Positions 9,374 through 24,300 of a stretch of DNA of 62,080 nt are shown in pieces. The position numbers and the translations under genes were made by a program. Where the stretch lies: positions 1 through 62,080 of the IMG/VR virus record IMGVR_UViG_3300031963_000147, one strand, 5' to 3'. Position 1 is the first letter of the stretch. Each line of letters begins with the position of its first letter. The stretch is from a virus (Duplodnaviria; Caudoviricetes). Under the pieces are notes generated by a model. It did no database searches. It saw only the letters and a list, made by a program, of their open reading frames with translations, and had not been told where the DNA came from.

Positions 9374-12300
9374 TTGTGCTCGGCGTCTTCTCTCTCCATC
9401 CCTCATTTTCTTTTTCACAATGATTTCAGCTTTCTTTTGAAGCATGTTTTTTACTCCTTCGGGCACTTCTTCCCCTCCGTTTTCGTAGAGGTATTTGCCT
9501 TCCAGCTTCAATGTTTCCTTCTTCAACATGTCTGTGTATCCGCCATAAGTGTTGGTAGACACGCCGACAGAACCGATCAAAGTGAATACAGAAGCCAGTT
9601 CGGTAGACTGCTCTTGATAGTTTTCGACTACCGAGGCAATGTACATTGGAACAAACAGTTCGGTAAGCTGATCTTTGAGCAAGACAGGGTTGCCATATTC
9701 GTCGATCATCTGCCCATACTTGTTCTTTTCTGCCATTCCTTTTTCAAGTATGGCCGCTGCTGTTGGATGAAGTTTTCCCTGAAACAGTTTGTATGTAAGC
9801 CTCAGCCAATTAGTGTTTGCCCTTCCGGTCTCTTCGTTGTACTCTCCCATTTCAACAGTTTCGCCATACTGGTTCACAATTTCTTGGGTGTACATTCTGG
9901 CTTGGAAGGTGAGCATCTGTGATCTACCTCCCCATGGGTCAACCCTTGTGTCTCCAACTTTGATTTTGGCAAAGTCTGAAGATCGAGGATCCAGACTTAC
10001 CGAAACTCCGTCTTTATCATCGTCGTCATCCCCGCCAAACAGTGATCGGAACAAAAGCACGAAAGCCGCCGACGTTCCGTATGTAGCCAGCCAGTTTTCA
10101 AGCGCTACCCTTTGGGCAACACTTAATTTAGGACGGCCACTCTCCATGTCAGTTTTCTGCAGGAAGTAAATAAATCCGATCGGCGTAGTCTGCTTAATCA
10201 CCGAAGACCAGTTCTTTGCCGAGAACAAAAGGTATGACAACCCTTTTGTGAGGGCCGCTTTATACTTTGGGCTTCCTGGCACGGCTCCGCGTCCGGTGTA
10301 GGTGTTAATCACCTTGGCAAGATTCTCAAATTCGCGCTTGTTGTTCTGAATCGTGTATCCACGCGCCAACAGCATTTTACGTCCGCGCTCGTACTCCCGA
10401 ATCCGCAGGTAGTTCAGATATGCGGAAGCCCCGCGTTCCGTCACCTTCATCGGGTTCAATTCTTTGACGCGCTCCCCGACGCGCTCCCCGAATATCGCCT
10501 TTGCTGCTCCGCCAACAGGAACGTCATAAATTTTGTGACCAAGAGCACCAAAGACAAAGCCTTCCTCTGCCTTGCTGATGTCACCTCCGAATTCGGACAA
10601 TTCCAAACCAGCGACCATGGCTTCTGTGTACCACGGCAAGTCCTTCACCATGTTCTGAATCCGCTTGATCGTAGATTCATTAGCTGCAGCTATTCCAAGT
10701 TGCTTGATCGCCTGAAGAAGCTCTCCCTGCTGAGTAAGGGCGTATTTCATCGTAAGCGGTCCGCCTTGAATCAATATTGGCGAAAATTCCAGCGAAGCAC
10801 GAACTGTTTTTGGCAAATTCCACGCTTCATTGAACGCATTCCATCTAGCTTCTGAATTTTTGAAGTTTCTCAGTGAAGCATCCAAGATGTCCTGATCTAC
10901 CTTGTCTTTCAATTCCCGGAGACGGGCCCGTTTTCTAGCAAGTTCTGTATCTTCGACCAGCGGCGTTCTTTTCTTCGGAGCATAGTCCTTCTCTCGCAAT
11001 CTTCTCTCGTACTCCTGAATCAGCTTTTCGGTGTTCTTCTTCGCATTGGCTAGCCTTTGCGCCTCAATCACGCCAGCTTCCTTTCTTGCTTCCTTCAACC
11101 GTGCCTGAAGCGCTTTCAAAACTTCCCTTTTTGCCTCAATCTCCGGTGTGCTTACCTTTTCCTTTGACTTGAATTTAAGGTCGTTGCTGTCCAGCGCCTT
11201 TTGTGTGCTTTCAATAGCGTAGTCCAAAAGACGGATGGCAGCATTAATCCTGCGTGACTGGCTCATTTCTTCGCCAAACAGCGCATCGCGTTCCTTCCTT
11301 AATTCAGCAAGCCTTTCCTTCAGGTCTTTTACGGTCTGATCGTAGGCAACTCCACGCTTGGATTTTTCAATCCTCATACCGGTCTCGATCTCGCGCTCTA
11401 TGTCTTGAATCGCGTTTGTCAACCTGGTCTTGATAGCATCCAGCGCAGTTTTAAGCTGGCGTTCACTTGCTTCCTGATCTACCGGAAGATCCTTCATGGC
11501 CTCCCGAAGCTCCTTCATCTTCAATCGGATGTCCGGATCGGTAGGTTCCCTTTGAAGTCCTGAGCGCAGTGGTGAAAGTCCTGTTTGAACGTCTTCAAGG
11601 CCGGAAATGATACGACCAATATTCTTGGCTTTACGAAGTGCTTTCGAAATATCATCCGAAGCCATTTCGATAGTCCTTCCGTAACCAGTGATCGCATCGC
11701 GCACCTCCCGTTCACTGAATTTGTAGTCTGGGAACGCTTCGTCTACTACCAACCGAACCTGCTCGGTGATGTCTTCAATCGTTTCGTATCCTTCAGCAAC
11801 CAGTGAACGCAGGAATGAATTAGGAATGACCAGATTCCCTTCATCCGTCATGTACGGCTCCGGAACGCCTTCTTCTTGGTAATAGTCTGCAAACTTCTGT
11901 ATTGCCTCAGTCTTCTTTTCTGGATTAAGAGACTTGTACCACTCTGTGTTTTGCAGGTAATCAATCCCCTTTTTGACGGCCTGAGCAAGAGACTGTGTTG
12001 TATCAAATGTTGTGGCAACTATTTCAACTGCCGTATCCCATGCGATAACAGCCGGTGAAGCGGAATTGAAAACGTCTGGCCTGGCAAGTTTCGCCTTGCG
12101 GATACGGTCCGAGATTTTCTCTCTTTCCTTCTGAGGAAGTTTCCTGCCGGAAGTTTCCCTGGCAATGTTTTCCTTAATGATGGAAATTGCTACTTCTGCG
12201 TCCAGCCTTTCCTTGTCGGCGGCAAGCTGCTTGATCTCCTCCCGAAGTGAATTCATTTCCTCCTCGTACTCTCTCCACTTCTTCTCTACCAGTTCAGGAA

Positions 12301-15300
12301 TATTGCTGTCACCGGATGCCGTTCTGTATTCGCTGAATTTCTTCTCGATGTCAAAGCCGATGTCGTAATTTTCGTAGATGTACTTGTAGATGTTCACCCC
12401 ACGACCGGCATTGGTTCCTCTTTCAGAAAGGATCCGCAACAAATCAGGAACAGCCTTTGTGTCTCCAAGCATATCCGGATTCATCATGGCCTTGGCAATT
12501 ACGATCGCTCCGATGTCGTCAGGAACCAGACGGCTTACAACAGCTTCTTTGAATGCTGTTGCCATACCAACTGAATCAATAAAGTCTTGCGCGATAATAT
12601 CTGCCTCGTATGCTGTGCGCACATGGTATTGGTCAAAGCCCATTTTCTCAATGGACTGCTTCAGCGCATCCTCGGCCATTCCGCGCATAGCTCTTCCGGC
12701 AACGGAAGCCTCTCTTACGTCTCCGCTTCCGCTGATATTGAAGTCATAGTCAACTGACCCAGAAACCGGTTGTTCTTTGGTTGATTCAACAGGATCTGGA
12801 CCAACGGTGAGCGCGGCATCTATAAAGTCCTGAATCGTGCCTTGTGATTCAATTACCTGTTTTACCGTAGGTTCCTCATTAATCAGGCGGATAATATCTT
12901 CCCGTGAATAACCGGTATTGTACGCTCCGACAACTGCAGCACGAACCTTGTCCATCATTTGTTCTTCCGGTGAAAGCTGGTATTCAGCTCCTCCGCGAAC
13001 TACCTTTTGGTATGAATTTGCCACCGGTGTACCCGTGCGTACCGCTTCAGCAAACTTTCCGGCGAAGGTTTTCAGTTCGGATACGTTATCCAGGTTGATT
13101 TCAAAAGTGTCCTTTCCGGTAAAGAACTTGATTAATGAATTGAAGAAAGCCTTGATCTTATCCCAAAGAGGTGTGTTTTTGTACCCGTCCAGTTTACCGG
13201 CAGCTACTGCAGCAAGGAATTCAATCACCGCTTCTTTTTTCTGCTGGTTAGGGTCTGCATAACGACTACCGAAAGCAACAAACTTTGACAGCGTCGGGTC
13301 TGATTCAATTTGAGAATACAGTCCGTCGAGCAATTCTGGATTCATCTCAATCATTATCGCCATGATCGGGTGTGCCGCTTCATGGAACAATGTGGTGTCT
13401 CCAATTTTATTTACGTTCAAATGAATTTCACCACTGATCGGGTCGTATGCGGCAGAAGTATCTGCATTTGCAGGATCTTCTCCCATTGCTTCCAGTGCGC
13501 TTGCATAGCTTTCCGCATCATTATGAATTACTACACGCGCTCCAGGATCAACATTTTTCAATGCTGATACTACCTTGTCAATCTGTGCACGCAGCTTTTC
13601 ATCCGTGATCGTAGCAACGTCTCCGGTGGCCTTTTGGTATTCCGCAGCGGCGTCGTCAAGGTCTTCCTCTGGGTTAGCGTTTTGCCCTTGATTTCTCTCC
13701 CTTTCTTCGCGTGCCTTTTCTTCTTCTTCAAGTTCTTTCAGGATGGCGTCTCTCTTTTCTTTTGCCTGCTTTAATCCCTCGATGTCTTTTGGGTCCGCAA
13801 CTAAATCTGGTTGCGCTTCATATTCAGCGATATTTTTTTCAATGCCAGACTTTACGCGCTCGTAGTAATTTATGTCTTCCAAAACATTTTCACGAAGCGA
13901 TGATATAGCCCGCAATATCGTCCACCATTCAAACTCTCTTCCTGACCTAACAATGGTCTTTATTGTCTTTCCTTTATATTCAAGATACAGGCTTCGGTAA
14001 CCTTTGTCGTTACTAGGGGCGCTTGTAACAATCTCAATTCCTCCTATTTCACCAATCTTTACAACTTCGATTGAACCCCTATCAAGAAGGCTTTTTATTC
14101 TATTAGCAATTTCCTTGTAAAACTCTTTGCTCTGTTCCGTGGATTTTGTGTCAAACTGCTTTCCGGAAACGGTTGCCGTAAACACGGGGAAGTTAGGAAC
14201 TGTTATTTCTTTTTGCTTTTCTTTACCGTTTTCATCAACAGTAATTTCTATAATTTTTCTGTCACCTTCATTGTTTATTGTGGATTTGGCAATTTCAGCA
14301 ACCTCTTTGCTTATATCAATCCACCGATTATATGAATTAAGGCTTGACTTTTCGTTTTTAATCCTTTCGTCTCTCAGCGCATTCGCTCTCTTGGCAGATT
14401 CAATCCTGTTCTCAAACTTCCGTATCTGGCCGCCGAGCTTTTCAATATCCAACAGCCTTGTGTCTCCACTTATCGCCGCTGCAATTTCGCTGAGCGTCAT
14501 GCTTTCACCATCTTCAAAGTCCATTTCACGCACACCTCTACCTCCGGCGCGGAACGAATCTATCCCCGCTTGCTTTTTAGCAAGAAGCCCAAATCTGTAC
14601 GCGTCGATCGTTTCTTCTGTCCCGTAATAGTAGATGGCAACCTCTTCGTTCATATTTCCCTGGCGAATACCCCGTCCATTGCGCTGCTCCATATCTGACG
14701 GCCTCCACTGAGCGTCTAAGTGGTGCATAGCAACTACTCTTCTCTGAACGTTTACTCCGGTTCCCATTTTTTTGGTAGAGCCAATCAACACCCGGACTTC
14801 CCCGTTGTTTACCTTTAAGAAAAGCTCTTCCTTCTTCGCTTTTGTTGGAGCATCGTGAATGAAGGCTATTTCATTTTCAGGTATGCCCATTCGAACCAGC
14901 TTTTTCTTCATTTCGGCATAAACACTAAACGATTCAGTGTCTTCTGCTTGGAAAATAACGCTTTCTGCTTCTGAAGGAGACATTTCAAAAACAGTAACAA
15001 GCGCCTCTTTAATTTGAGCTCTGTCTTTCAGTTTCCAAATGGCGTCAGCTCCAGAATATTCAGCAATGGATTCTTCACCCATTCTTTCTACCATTTCGTC
15101 ATAAACCCTTTTGCCGATAGGAGCCGCTTTATCTTTTGGAACACCCAAGTCAGAAAATATGAGTTGCGTGCCTTTTATGTCTTGTGAATCAATATAATGC
15201 TGGTACACCTTGTCGGCAGCTACCTGTATTTTACCTCCGTCTTCCGGCATTTTTGGAAATACCATTCGAGGATCAATACTTGCCTTTGACCCAAGCGTAG

Positions 15301-18300
15301 TAAGATTAATGCCTAATGATTTTTCCCATGAATCAGGAACATCTATTCCCACCGCCAAAAGCGGCCCCACACTTCCTGTTCTTGACGCCTCATAAATCGC
15401 GTCGGTAATTGCTCTTTGGCTTTCTGATTGCTTGATAAGTACAACTTCTGGTTTGCCTCCCTTGATTTTTGGTCGTGGCAACTGAAGATTATGAACGGCC
15501 CTGATGTCTGATACTTCAGTGTACATCGTGGCAAGTTCAGTGACGTTGACGAACTTATTTAGCCTTGTTTTACTCTTAATAACTCCGGCAACGTTCTTTT
15601 CCATTGTAGCACTTACAATTCCAAACGTATTTATGAACTGGTCGATGCTATTCATGCCTAGTTTCTTCAGCAAGGACGGGCGAATAAACTGAAATATGTT
15701 GTAAAGCTCGGTAAGCGAGTTTGATATTGGTGTTCCAGAAGCAAAACATACTCCTTTATCGCCACTATGAATATACTGCAGGTAACGGCAGATCATTTTC
15801 AGGTTTGCTGCCTTATTTGATCCCGCAGGATTTCCTAATCCTGAAACATTTCTCATGCCTGTGTGAAAGGCAAGGTTTTTAAACTCTTGGCTCTCATCAA
15901 TAAAGAGCATATCAAGCCCCATATCACCCATGTTGATCTTGGTGGCATACTCTCCTTTGTCTTGCAGTTTGTTGAGCTTAGTGGTCATGTTTTCAATCTT
16001 TTCTTGCAGTGCTTTAAGCTGTTTCTTTGAAAACATGTCTCTTTCCCCACTAGAATTTCCTTTGATTTCAGCAATAGCATCCATGAGTTCTTCAATCTCA
16101 TTCTGAATGTACTTTTCTTCGAAATCAGGAGGCAGAGTGAGTGTGCCCAAATTCTCATGAGAAATAATCACAAGGTCCCAGTCATTGTTTGCTACCTGAG
16201 AAAAGAATCGCTGTCTGTTTGCTGCTGAAAAATCAGTTTCTTTTGGAGCAAGAATTTTCAATCCAGGATATGCTTGCGTAAGCTCTTTGTACATACCTGG
16301 GATTACAGATTTCATAGTACAGATAACAGGCTTATTTACAAGCCCCATCTGCTTCATCTTGATCGCCGCCGATCCAAGAACCAGTGTTTTTCCGGCCCCA
16401 ACAATATGATCGACCATTCCGCCCATCTTCTGAACCAACAGCATCACCGCGTCTTTTTGGTGAGGGCGAAGTTCTATCCCTTGAAGCCCAGGGAACGTCA
16501 GTGTGCTTCCACTGTATTCCTTGATTACGGTCCCGTTAAATACCCTGTTGTAAATCTCGGCAAGCTCTTTTTTGAATGTTGGATCGGTAACAACAAGCTG
16601 TGAAAACGCATCTTGAAGTTTTTCTACCTTATCTCTTACTGATTGCTCCAAAACAGGCAGCGGAGTTTTTGAGTCGTCTCTGCTATTTGTCATGAAGTAA
16701 GGCCCAATTTTTTTAGTGAATGCTGCCTCAATTACGTCGCCCACCTGCTTTTTTGTTCCGTGTTCTCCAAGCGCCTCATATTCTCCGCCGACCACCGAAG
16801 AAACAATATTGTATTTGTCTGTGGCTTTTGAGTATGTGACTTTTACTTTCCCTGAACCGAAAACAACATCCAGAAAGGACTGATAATAATTTACCGGTAT
16901 CCAACCCGCGCCAAGAGTAAATGTGATGTCTTCGGCTGGAATTGGGTCTGGAATAACTTTGGACAGGGCTTCTGCGTTTCGATCATACTTGGAGCTTATC
17001 TTTCTCCATTCATTCGCCTGATCGAGTTTTTCCCGTACGTTTCCAGAAAGGTATTCAGATGCTTCAATTACGCTTCCGTCTGGTGTTTCAAAGACTAAAT
17101 CGCCCATTGCCTTCACTGCTTCTTCATCGCTGGAAAGATCCATGACCTCCCGAACAAATGGAACGTTGACGTGACCAAAGGCATTGATTGAATAAGCAAT
17201 GGCATCCGCAGGATTGTTTGTCCTCTCAAATGCGGGACGATCTGCCCCTGCGGACTTATAGACTACATCAGCAAACTTTCCGTCAGGGCGAATAAGTCCA
17301 AGAACAGCAAACGCGTCTGGGTCTTTCTGAATGATTTGTGAAATAACGGATCTTCCACTAAGTAGTGAAGTGATGTTCTGCACTTTTACCCGCTTCACAA
17401 AGGAATTCAATAAATCAAGTATCTCAACCCTTTGAGCAGAAGCGTCTTCCGACGCCCTGTCCTTTGACAGAATATCAAAATACAGATTTTTCAGATTAAT
17501 GAAATCGTCGAGGGTCTGGCGGTCCTTGTCTGGCGGAAGTCTTGTAATCTCCACAACATTGTGTACGCCCTGCAGTTTGTCGTAATCAATAACCGTAAAA
17601 TACTTGCCACCCTTCTTAATGACACCACCGGAAACCATTCTTCCATCCGGTGTCATCTGCAAAATTTCATCAACCTCTTTTTCCTTGTGCTTATATGGTT
17701 GAATAGGCATTTTAGATGCCAGTTCCTGAAGTTTTGCCGCTACTTGTTCTGGTTCCGGAGCGCCGGTAAGGGTGTATCCCCTGTCCTCGCTGTACAGACC
17801 GCCTGCCAGATACTTTTCTCCAAAAACGTTTTCTTTGTTCTTGGCAAAATATTCGTTGTATTCAATAAATTGTTTTGGTCTGTCCGGCTTGTTATGCGGA
17901 GCAAGTTCTTTTACAATCTTGCTGATTGGATGATCTTCGCCGGATGGCAACCCGATTGGCTCCTGTCTTTTTCTGAGCAGAATAATATCCGTCACAACCT
18001 GTGTGCCGGCATCCGCATTGAAAGCCTGTTCACCAAGCCTAACCGCGCCAACAAATTCGCATGTTTGCAGAATAAGGTCTCTGGTTGACTGGTTTTCTCT
18101 TGTGTCAAGAGTATTTGCTGTTGTGAGGATAGCAATATATCCTCCGGGGCGAACTACATCAATGGCTTTTGCGAAGAAGTATGTATGCAGTTTTTTCTGC
18201 GATGCCTTCCAAAGCCCTCCTTTCTTATCCAAAACTGGATCGTAAATGTCCTGCTTTCCAAAAGGAATGTTCGAAATAAACAGGTCAAACGAATTTGAAG

Positions 18301-21300
18301 GCAATGAAGCGCGTTCAATCGGACTGTTTTTAATCAGAGAATTCGGATATAGATACTTGGACACAAGTGCGCTGACTACATCCATGTCAACCCCAGTAAT
18401 ACGGCTGTTGCTCATGGTTGTTTTAGGCATTCCGCCAATAAAGCGACCACTTCCAACAGAGCCCTCCAATATCCGTCCTCCGGTGAATCCAGCAGCGGTC
18501 ACTCCCTCCCACATTGCCCGGATAATCGGCAAAGAGGTGTAGTACGCACTTCGGGTAGAGGACTTGGCTGTTGCCAGTGGGTTTGTCTTGGTCTTTTTGC
18601 CGATTGAATCCAGAAGCGATATGATCCTGCGGGATTCATCATAAAACTGAAGACTTGATTTATTCCACCTTTCACGATCATCATCCAGAAGTATTTCCGA
18701 AAGCGGACCTAATCCATTGTACTTGGAAAGTGCCTCCTTTTGTTCGTCTGTGGCAAACTGATCTGGATTGTCTAGCAGTGAATCAATTATTTCCAATGCA
18801 GCAATATTGTCTTCATACGCCTGCTTTTTGGAGAACGTTTTGTTCGCTGTCCTTTCCCAGTTTTCCGGATAGACAAAGTTCTGCTGAATGTCGGGGTCTA
18901 GTCTGTCAGGCTGAACAAGCTCTGTATTGCCTGTGCCTGCGCCTCCTGTTCCTGCATTGTCGGCAGGTACATCTCCAGGTATTGTTGATAGAGATCCACC
19001 ATTATTTTCATTCGCTTTTCCGCCTCCTGTGGTGCTACCTCGTTCACCTCCTTGCGTTCCTGCTCCGGCATTGATTCCAGTATCAGAGCCACCGGCCCCT
19101 CTACCGTCTTGATTAATTGTTTCTCCAGACTGGTCATTTTGTTCGGCATTAAATTCATATTCATCCACGACGGATTCTGAATCCATCTGTTTTTTCTGCT
19201 CTGGTGTTGCCCCCGTCATTTTGAATGACATATAGGCCGCTTTCATTGCGGGAATAATAGCTTCTCCCATCCTGGCAACAGCGTCTTCAGCTACCTCTGC
19301 AAATGTCAGTATTCCAAGTTCTGCGTATTTGGCAATGATTCTTACGGCTATTTCAAGCTGCTTGGGATTCAGACCTGCGTTGAGGTTGCCCATTTCATTT
19401 CCGAGCTCTCCCCATAAATCATCAAGGTCTTTGTTCTTGATCTTGCTGATTCGCTCTTGGCGCTTGGTTGGTTTCTCCGCCGGTTTTTCTTGTGGTTTTG
19501 GCATTTTGCCAATAACGACGTTTGGCGCGGGTATCCCTGATTGTTCAACGATGTCCTTAATCACTTCCTGCGGTGTCTTTTCGCCAGAAAGAAGATCCTG
19601 AACGTCTTTTACCTCTTGTGAAGGTGAATTTTTATTTATGTAGTCAACAACATACGGGATGGCCTCTTTAGCAAAAATGGTAGCAAGCTCTTTGGATGTT
19701 GGAGCAGGTGATTTTGGAGCTCCCCATCCATACGGCGCCCCCGTTCCTGATATGTTTATTCTCTGGTTCGGACCTACATACTGATCCCGACCCTTTTTTG
19801 TCCTGTCTTCTACTCGGTAGAAAATCTCACTGAGCGTGTAGTTGTCGTATGACCGGTTGTATTCTGGTTCATACTTAAATGCCGCATACAGGGTAAGAGG
19901 TGTGCCTGGAATAGAAAGTTCAACATACACATCACCACCTGCGGGAGCAATGTTTGCTCGAACTCCATTTTTACCAATTTCCCATCCGGTCATTTGGGCA
20001 ATATCCTTCATAAATGAAGTTATTTCCCGCTTGGCCTTTTTGCCAATTTCGTAGCTGGGTATCTCGTGGTCAATGTCGTCTGTTGTATAAACCTCGGTCA
20101 GCTTTTTGATCTTTTTGCCTACCGCGTTTATCTGCGCCTCTATTTTTTCGAGGGCTTCCCGAACTGTTTCTGGCGTTCTAGCAGCTCCTGCCTCTTTGAT
20201 TGCAGATTCTGCATCACTTTCGACAGTCTCGATAGATCGTTCGTCGATTGCTTCTGATTGTTCTTCATTGTCTTGGGTTTCTTGGGTTTCTTCCTCCCTG
20301 ATCGCTGATTTTACCCGACCATAGGTTTCATTGATAAGGTCTACTGCCTCGTCTCCGATAATCTTGCGGACACCTTTTTCGTTGTCGGCAATTTGTTCCT
20401 GAATTTCCTTTATCGCTGCGTCTGGATTCTCTTTGATTCCTTCTTTCCATGCAGTAGCCTGGATTGACTTCGATGGTGAATCAAGTACGAGCTGCGTGAT
20501 CTTGTCTTTGGGAGAAGCGTTTTTGGATTCTTTGCCGGCATTTAGCGCATTCTGAATATTTGCATTTAATTCATCCAAATGATCGGCAAGCGGAGCAAGT
20601 GCCTTTGGTGATTGGCTTTGTGGGGCCGTAGTCAGTGCTTCTGGCGCATACTTTTTAACGTATTCAGTATATACGCCTTCTACAATACGAGCGATTTTTT
20701 GAGCATCGCTTTTTGATGCATTCGCAGGCAGTATGATTCCAACACCAGCGGCAGTAGTTCTGCCTGCTGTTTTGCCCATGATACCAACATGAATTTCCTT
20801 TCTTCCGTCTGCGTACTGATGAATTCGTTCTTTCACAAACACTCCTGCAGTACCGATTTTGTCCCTTTCTCCACCGCGAGCGTCTACTTCAAGCCCAACG
20901 TCGTTGAAATGCAGTTTAGAATCGTTTACATACGGAACAATTTTAACGTCCTTCGTGTTTATGGGCGCTGGATTTTTATTGCCGCTTTCAATCTGTGCTG
21001 CAGGAACCTCTTCTGCCTGTGCTTCTTCTCCTTGGAATTCTTTTTCACCGGCGTTTGCTACGTCAGAAGTAAGAGCGTCACCAATGGCTCCTTCAAGCCT
21101 GGAAGCAAGGTCAATGAATTGCTGAACAAGCGGATTAATGTTGTCCGGAATGTCTTCTTTGTCAACGATGTTTCCTTTTGAATCAACCAAGTTGAATTCT
21201 TCTCCACTCATATCAACTTCGAACTTGTATCCCAGATTGGAAAGTTCATTGTTGATCTCTGCAAGTCTTCTGCCTATTGGCGATGCAGTTCGGAGAATGT

Positions 21301-24300
21301 CTTCGTTGGTGATCTCGTTGGTAGCAGGCGTAGACTTACCTTCTAAAGCAGCAAGCTCCGCGTCGTATTCGGCGTCGGTTGGTAAAACAACTTCAACATC
21401 AGATGTAAATATTTGCGGAAGCGCAGCATTAACATTGTATTCTCCGTTGGCTCTTTTTTCTGTTATTGCTATGCCTGACGTGTTTTCTTCCCATACGTCG
21501 TTTTCATTTAAAAACAACGGTATCAACTGGTAAGATTCTGTTCCCCTTTTCGTCGTTTTTTTTCTGACTATTAAGGCATCTCCATCCTCGTTTTTAAATA
21601 TTGTTCCTTCTGGTATGCTTTCTAAAAATTCAAATTTTTCTTGCGGCGTTGATTTTCTACTAATTATGTCTTTTCTTCTGCTTTCTATATCCGCCTTTTT
21701 ATCTGCCGTGTCGATTGAATCAACATTACCGGCAGACGTGTCGATTTTTTCGCCTGTTTTCGACGTGTCGGGTGTTTTATTCCCTTCAATCTCCCGTGCA
21801 ACAGCAGAAAACGGATTGAACACCGGCTGCGCGATCATAGAAGGTCCCTGCGGATTCACCGGAGCTTTCCCCTCTTCTACTTCTTCGATCTCGGGAATAT
21901 ATCCTTCCTGAACTTGCTGAATGATCTTTGCCTTTTCTTCGTCGCTTTCTACGCTCTCTACCGGGGTATTCATCAATGCTTCTACATCCGGCTTCTCTTC
22001 CGTATTCTCTGAATCAGTTGCCTGCGGCTTAACCGCCGCTTTTGCAGCCTTTCTCTTCTCGAAAAAGCCCTTGATTCCTTCATTCAGATGATTCAGCATA
22101 GTAGCCGCACCCTTGCCAAATGCGGCAATACGAACCCTTTTTGTAGCTACCTGAGCAACTAAATCAGGATTGGTAAATACTTGCTCAGCATCCGCCGTTG
22201 AAAACAGATACTCGCTTCCGTCCGCATACTTGATTGAGAAGAATTCAGGATCCTTTCCATTAATGAAGTCTGCCGCCTGCTGCTGGTAGTCTTTTGCTTG
22301 TTCTTCGAAGACTTTTGCCAATACCGGATCGTCCGCGTACTGCGCTGCCTTAGCAAGTGCTTCATCTGCCCTGGATGAAATCCATGAATAAATCGAAGCA
22401 TCATTCGGGCTCAACTTCAGAGCTTTTGCCTTTTCCTGATATTTCTCAGCCTGAAGTACGTCGGCAATCATGCCGTCACGCTGCGCCTTGTCGATCTGTC
22501 CAGAAGTAAAAAGGTTGTCAATGGCGGCCTTTGTGAATTTAGACCCCTTATTGAATACTGTGTTGTAGACAAACTGGGTAGATTGGCCCTCAATCACATT
22601 GGAAAGAACGTCTTTGGATGCCTGTGCAGTAATGGCGTTTACCATTTCCTGCTTGTTACCGGTAGAATTTACCTGACCGGCCATCCCAAGAATAGCCACC
22701 GGAGCGATCGGCACAAACGTGTCCTGTGCCTGCTTGATAAAGTCACCGAAATTCATAGGACGCGTCCCAACCTTTCCGTCAGTCATGTCCACCATTTCCC
22801 ATGCGTTTCTGCCTTCGGAAATATTCTTCTCTGCGATGTTCTGCAGGGTTTCCTGAATCAATTCAGTTGAAAGTTCGATACCTCCGCCGACAAGCATACG
22901 TCCGCCAACGGTAGGAACCATTGAAAGACCTTTTGAAATAAACGGAAGACCCTCGAAGGCATACGCCCACATAATATCAAGCTGTGAATCAAAGCTCTTC
23001 TGCGCTGCTTCCTTGGCCTTGGCTACATTTCCGCCGGAGCGTTCAAATGCGTCGTTGTATGCGCGGCCAGCAATATCGGCGGATTCAGCAGTGAATCCAG
23101 CAACCGAAGCGGCAAGCATTTGAACCGAAGCGCCCATTCCAAGTCCGCCGGTTGTCATCGCTGCCGTTGTGCTTGCCAAAATGCTTGGCGTCATTCCTCC
23201 TCCAAGCTGTCCGGTCAGCGTCATCAGGTTTTTCAGATCAAAAAGGTCTGAAACTTTGTCGCTCTTCGGCGTGGCAACCATGTTCTTTTGAGCAAGGTAG
23301 TCACCGTACATTTCCAGTTCAGGAATATCCATGGAAGTAGCAAGTGCCTTCAGGCTTCCTCCAAATCCATTCATAAATGACCTTCCAAGCTGCGCGAATG
23401 GAGCCGTGAGAAGACCGGCTTCAAATGCCTGTCTTTCGGTGGCGTCCATAGATGCCATTCTCTCTTCCGCCGCCTGCTTGTAAGCATCCGAATACTTCTG
23501 TGAAAATTCAGCAGCCTTCTCTGGAGACACTTGGTATTCGGCAAGAAACTTCTCCTCGGCCTGCTTAATGCGTGCATCAGCCTGTTTTTTCAGGGCTTCT
23601 GCCGCTTGCTTGTATTGGTTCTGATACCGGGAATTGATCTCGTTCAGCTTTGTTGTGGCCTGATCGTATAGTGTCGAACTCGCTTTCTGAATTTCCGCGA
23701 TCTTGGCGTCACCTTCATTTTTGATCTGGTCAAATGTCGTTTTGTACTGATCCAACGGAATAGCACCGGCCTGAAATTGCTTGTTCAGCTCTTCCAGTCT
23801 GGCATTGTACTCCGCGTTCAGCGCATTTGCCTGTTGCTGCAGTTGCTCCTTTGCCTTTTTCTGTTGCTCAAATACTGGCAGTGCTTCTGATTCAGCCTGC
23901 TTCTGTATTTGATTAAAAAGAGCGCCGGTGGCGGCATCATATTTCAGCCTCTCCGCTTCGTCGGTAGTGAATTTCGCATCCATGTCGGCATTCACTTCTT
24001 TTTTGAACGCCTTTTCATACGGACTGAAAATTTCTTTTGCCCTCGGCTCGATCATCTTCATGTCTACCGTGGCGATCATGGTGTTGTAAAGCAACTTCTT
24101 GAAGCTGCTGTTTTCACCAAGCCCATACATGGCTGCCTGTCTGGTGGCGTATTCGTCCACAACCTCTGGATTCACAACGACGTGCCCGCTTTTGGACTTC
24201 ATGGTGAATTTGCCGACGTCGTTTCCGATCATGCTCTCAGCAAGTTCGTTGACAATAGGGCCCATCTTCTTTGTGTTGGATTCAGCCCATGTCTTTGCCG

